From IMG/VR virus record IMGVR_UViG_2595698371_000001: a stretch of DNA of 16,955 nt. One strand, given 5' to 3'. The DNA comes from Bongovirus bongo. Taxonomy: Duplodnaviria; Heunggongvirae; Uroviricota; Caudoviricetes; Vilmaviridae. Below the pieces are notes generated by a model that made no database searches, was not told the origin of the DNA, and saw only the letters and a program-made list of their open reading frames with translations. Below, piece after piece: positions 14,139-16,955 of the stretch (position 1 is its first letter; the number at the start of each line of letters is the position of its first letter). The translations under genes and the position numbers were made by a program.

Positions 14139-14632
14139 TTCGGATCGTTGACCGTTACTGGTCCGCGATCTGCTGGGACTGCCAGCACATTCTCCATTTC
14201 TCTGCACACGAGTACTTCCAGTGGGAGCACGTCGGCTACAAGGCTGACGGCTCCTCCTGGTGGCAGCGTAAGCGACCACTGGAAGAGCTACTCGGATTCT
14301 TCGAGACCCTGATGAACATGCCGGGGTCTCTCACCAATGAAGCTGTCCTCCTCGACCCAGAAACTATTGAATGGATGGGGTCTTCGAAGGACTCTGACGA
14401 TGGTTCGAAGCGTCCCCGCATTTTTGGTCACACGGAGCTTGTTTCGTTGATCAAGACGGGGATCTATTTGGCGTCCGGACAACAGCTTCCGCGTCCCGTC
14501 ATTCCTGGTTTGGAGTTGCGCACTCAGCGCAAGGTGCTCCGGATCCAGAACTCCGTGTCGGCCGCACAGGATCGTGCGAAGGCCCTCGCGGAGAAGCGGG
14601 CGAAGAAGGCGAAGAAGACAGCTAAGGATTAA
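14135..14632 (+). CDS. Tail assembly chaperone C-terminal extension (gpT-like), in the -1 frame
   Basis: In the -1 frame relative to 13803-14138 and open from 14123. Directly precedes the tape measure gene. Lys/Ala-rich tail. Confidence 0.82.
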   Translation: MIRIVDRYWSAICWDCQHILHFSAHEYFQWEHVGYKADGSSWWQRKRPLEELLGFFETLMNMPGSLTNEAVLLDPETIEWMGSSKDSDDGSKRPRIFGHTELVSLIKTGIYLASGQQLPRPVIPGLELRTQRKVLRIQNSVSAAQDRAKALAEKRAKKAKKTAKD

Positions 14633-14634
14633 AT

Positions 14635-16955
14635 ATGGCCAAGGCCCTTGTGGGCGAGGCTGCGATCCGTATTGTCCCCACTCTTCGGGGATTTAAGCCT
14701 GAGGCGGATCGTCGTCTCAAGGCGATGACCTTCGACCCTCTTGAAGTGCAGATCGACCCTGCCTTCAAGAAGGCCGAAGCTCAGATGAAGGCGTGGCGCG
14801 CTAAGGAGCGGCTGAACGCCATCAATGTTCCGGTGAAGGCCGACTTTTCGGAGAGTCGTGCGAGCTTCGCGGCGTTCCGTCGTGAGCTGACCACCGTTGA
14901 GCACATCTTCAAGCGTTCGGCGCTGCAGCGTGCTATGCGCCTGAACGTCAAGATCATTGGTCTCGATGCTCTGCCTGCGCTGGCCTATGCGGCTGGTAGC
15001 GCTGCGGCTGGTGTCGATGGCCTGGCGAAGTCCCTGCTGGCCCTGCCGGGTATTGCTGGTGGCGCTCTGGCGTCTATCGGTGCCCTGGCTGTGGGCCTAC
15101 GTGGCGTTGGGGACGCTTTCCGTGCGTTCGGTGAGCAGCAGAAGAACGCTGCCCAGAATGCGCGTGACATTGAGTCGGCGAACCGTGACATCCAGCGGTC
15201 GTACCGCAATTACCGTTCGGCCGTTCGTGACACGGTGCGTGAGATCCAGGATCTCAACGCGGAGAACCGTCGTTCGAGCCTGAACATTGCTGACGCGGTG
15301 CTGTCGGTGCAGGAGGCTGCTGACAAGCTGCGCAAGGGTGGGCAGAAGTCCATCAACGAGCTGCGCCGCGACCAGCTCGACCTGGCGATGTCGATTGAGC
15401 ATCTGCAGGACGTGCAAACGCGTGCGAACCGCACCATGCAGGACACTGCGGAGGCGAACGCCAAGGGTGTGGCTGGCGCTGACCGCGTGGTGGATGCGCT
15501 GGACCGTATTGCCGAGGCTACTGATCAGCTGAATCAGAAGCAGGGCAAGGGGAATGACTACGCGGAGAAGTTGGCCGCGCTCGCCCCTGAGGCCCGCAAG
15601 GCCGTGGAGGCCGTCCTCGCTTTCGAGGGTCAGTGGAAGAGCCTGACCCTGACGGTCCAGAACAACCTGTGGGATGGGCTGGATCGTTCGATCACCAATC
15701 TGGGACAGAAGGCGCTACCTGGTCTCGAGATTGGCCTTTCCCGTGTGGCGTCGGGTCTGAACGCCAACTTCAAGACTGTTGCTGAGTCGCTGGGTGGGGA
15801 TACCTCCCAGGGGCTGCTGGCGCGCATCTTCGGTAACACCGAGGGTGGTCTGAAGAACTTCTCGAAGGCGATGAACCCTCTGATTGAGGGTGTTCTGCGT
15901 CTGACGAAGGAGGGCTCGGATTACCTGCCGCGCCTGGGCGAGGCGGCTGAGAAGGTCTTCACGCGTTTCGATGACTGGACGAAGCGCATCTCCGAGGACG
16001 GTTCGCTGGATAAGTGGATCGACAATGGCCTCAAGACGCTGACCGATCTGGGCAATGCGGCGTCGAACATCATGTCGATCATCTCGTCGGTGTCGGATGC
16101 GTTCCGTGAGGCTGGCGGCGATGAGACTGGTTTTGTCGGCACGCTGGAGAAGCTGACGCGCAAGTGGGCCGAGTTCCTGAAGTCGACTGACGGCAAGAAC
16201 AAGCTGGCCGAGTACTTTGACCGTGCTCGCGAGTTCATGAACGACCTGCGTGAGGCGTTCAGCAAGATGCGTCCGTTCATCAAGGACGTTGTTGACACTG
16301 CCCGCGAGTGGTCGGTTGTCCTGCTGGATACTGTTGGCGCGCTGGCGAAGACGGCTGCGTGGATCGAAGAGAACACGGGCCTGCTGAAGGTGTTCCTGGG
16401 CACCTACCTGCTGGTTCGGACTGCGACGCCAATCGTCAACGGTCTGACCACGGCGTGGAAGAACTACAACACCGTCATCGAGAAGGCGGCTACGAGCGCG
16501 AACTCGCCTTCGTGGCTGCGCAATAACTCGTACCTGCAGTGGACTCGTGGTCAGCTGCAGAAGGCTAAGGGCAACGTCGGGGAGCTGTCGAAGCTTCAGT
16601 CGAACCTGAACACGTCGGTTGCGACGACTGGTTCGCGTTATGACGTGATGGGCAGCAAGATTGATGCTGCCAAGAGCAAGGTGGTGCAGCTCCGTACCGA
16701 GATGGAGCGGATGGCGAGCACGCCTATGGCTCCACCGGCCGTGGCTTCGGTGCAGAACGCTGCGAATACGGCTCTGGTGACTAGCCGTGCGGATGAGAAG
16801 GCTCGTCGTGCTGCGGCCGGTATTGGCCTGTCGTCCACTCCTCTGCAGGAGCGTTTGGCAGCGGCGAATACCGCGTACATCTCTCGTGAGACTGCGCGTA
16901 AGGGGCTGGGCTCGGATCGTGGTGCAGTCCAGCAGGTGGCGAGTGCTCTTGCGCT
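14635..16955 (+). CDS. Tape measure protein (5' part, runs off the window)
   Basis: My own translation from ATG 14635 (MAKALVGEAAIRIVPTLRGF...) found no stop for about 773 codons. It is absent from the supplied track, presumably because it has no stop in the window. Ala/Gly-rich hydrophobic and coiled-coil segments. Follows the chaperones. Confidence 0.95.
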   Translation, partial: MAKALVGEAAIRIVPTLRGFKPEADRRLKAMTFDPLEVQIDPAFKKAEAQMKAWRAKERLNAINVPVKADFSESRASFAAFRRELTTVEHIFKRSALQRAMRLNVKIIGLDALPALAYAAGSAAAGVDGLAKSLLALPGIAGGALASIGALAVGLRGVGDAFRAFGEQQKNAAQNARDIESANRDIQRSYRNYRSAVRDTVREIQDLNAENRRSSLNIADAVLSVQEAADKLRKGGQKSINELRRDQLDLAMSIEHLQDVQTRANRTMQDTAEANAKGVAGADRVVDALDRIAEATDQLNQKQGKGNDYAEKLAALAPEARKAVEAVLAFEGQWKSLTLTVQNNLWDGLDRSITNLGQKALPGLEIGLSRVASGLNANFKTVAESLGGDTSQGLLARIFGNTEGGLKNFSKAMNPLIEGVLRLTKEGSDYLPRLGEAAEKVFTRFDDWTKRISEDGSLDKWIDNGLKTLTDLGNAASNIMSIISSVSDAFREAGGDETGFVGTLEKLTRKWAEFLKSTDGKNKLAEYFDRAREFMNDLREAFSKMRPFIKDVVDTAREWSVVLLDTVGALAKTAAWIEENTGLLKVFLGTYLLVRTATPIVNGLTTAWKNYNTVIEKAATSANSPSWLRNNSYLQWTRGQLQKAKGNVGELSKLQSNLNTSVATTGSRYDVMGSKIDAAKSKVVQLRTEMERMASTPMAPPAVASVQNAANTALVTSRADEKARRAAAGIGLSSTPLQERLAAANTAYISRETARKGLGSDRGAVQQVASALA

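Noticed and set aside
1-16955. tRNA, rRNA, CRISPR array, integrase or IS element
   Set aside because: No cloverleaf, repeat-spacer array or recombinase/transposase motif was seen. The intergenic gaps are too short except at the left edge.

Overview
This is a GC-rich actinobacteriophage (siphovirus) segment, most likely a mycobacteriophage. From memory its layout resembles cluster M phages, but I have not verified this. Bases 237-3943 are a block of small, mostly leftward, translationally coupled accessory genes: a secreted protein, a DUF3846-like protein, a Zn-binding protein, an Lsr2 homologue, a membrane protein, a lipoprotein, a pair of tandem paralogues and several unknowns. One rightward Cys/His zinc-finger gene sits among them. 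A divergent control region (3944-4040) precedes a canonical rightward virion operon: unknown gene, TerS, TerL, portal, MuF-like/maturation protein, scaffold, major capsid with an Ig-like domain, four head-tail joining genes, major tail protein with an Ig-like domain, tail assembly chaperones with a probable -1 frameshift, and a tape measure gene that runs off the window. The most notable observations are: (1) a bipartite promoter-like motif, CAAGTA-N9-AATTTGCTGG-TANNNT, repeated with identical spacing at 34-64 and 3990-4020, with the first copy pointing into an apparently non-coding G-rich structured stretch; (2) a phage Lsr2 whose RGR AT-hook is RGY; (3) a diverged tandem paralogue pair; (4) a non-canonical tail-chaperone slip site. 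No tRNA, rRNA, CRISPR array or mobile element was seen.
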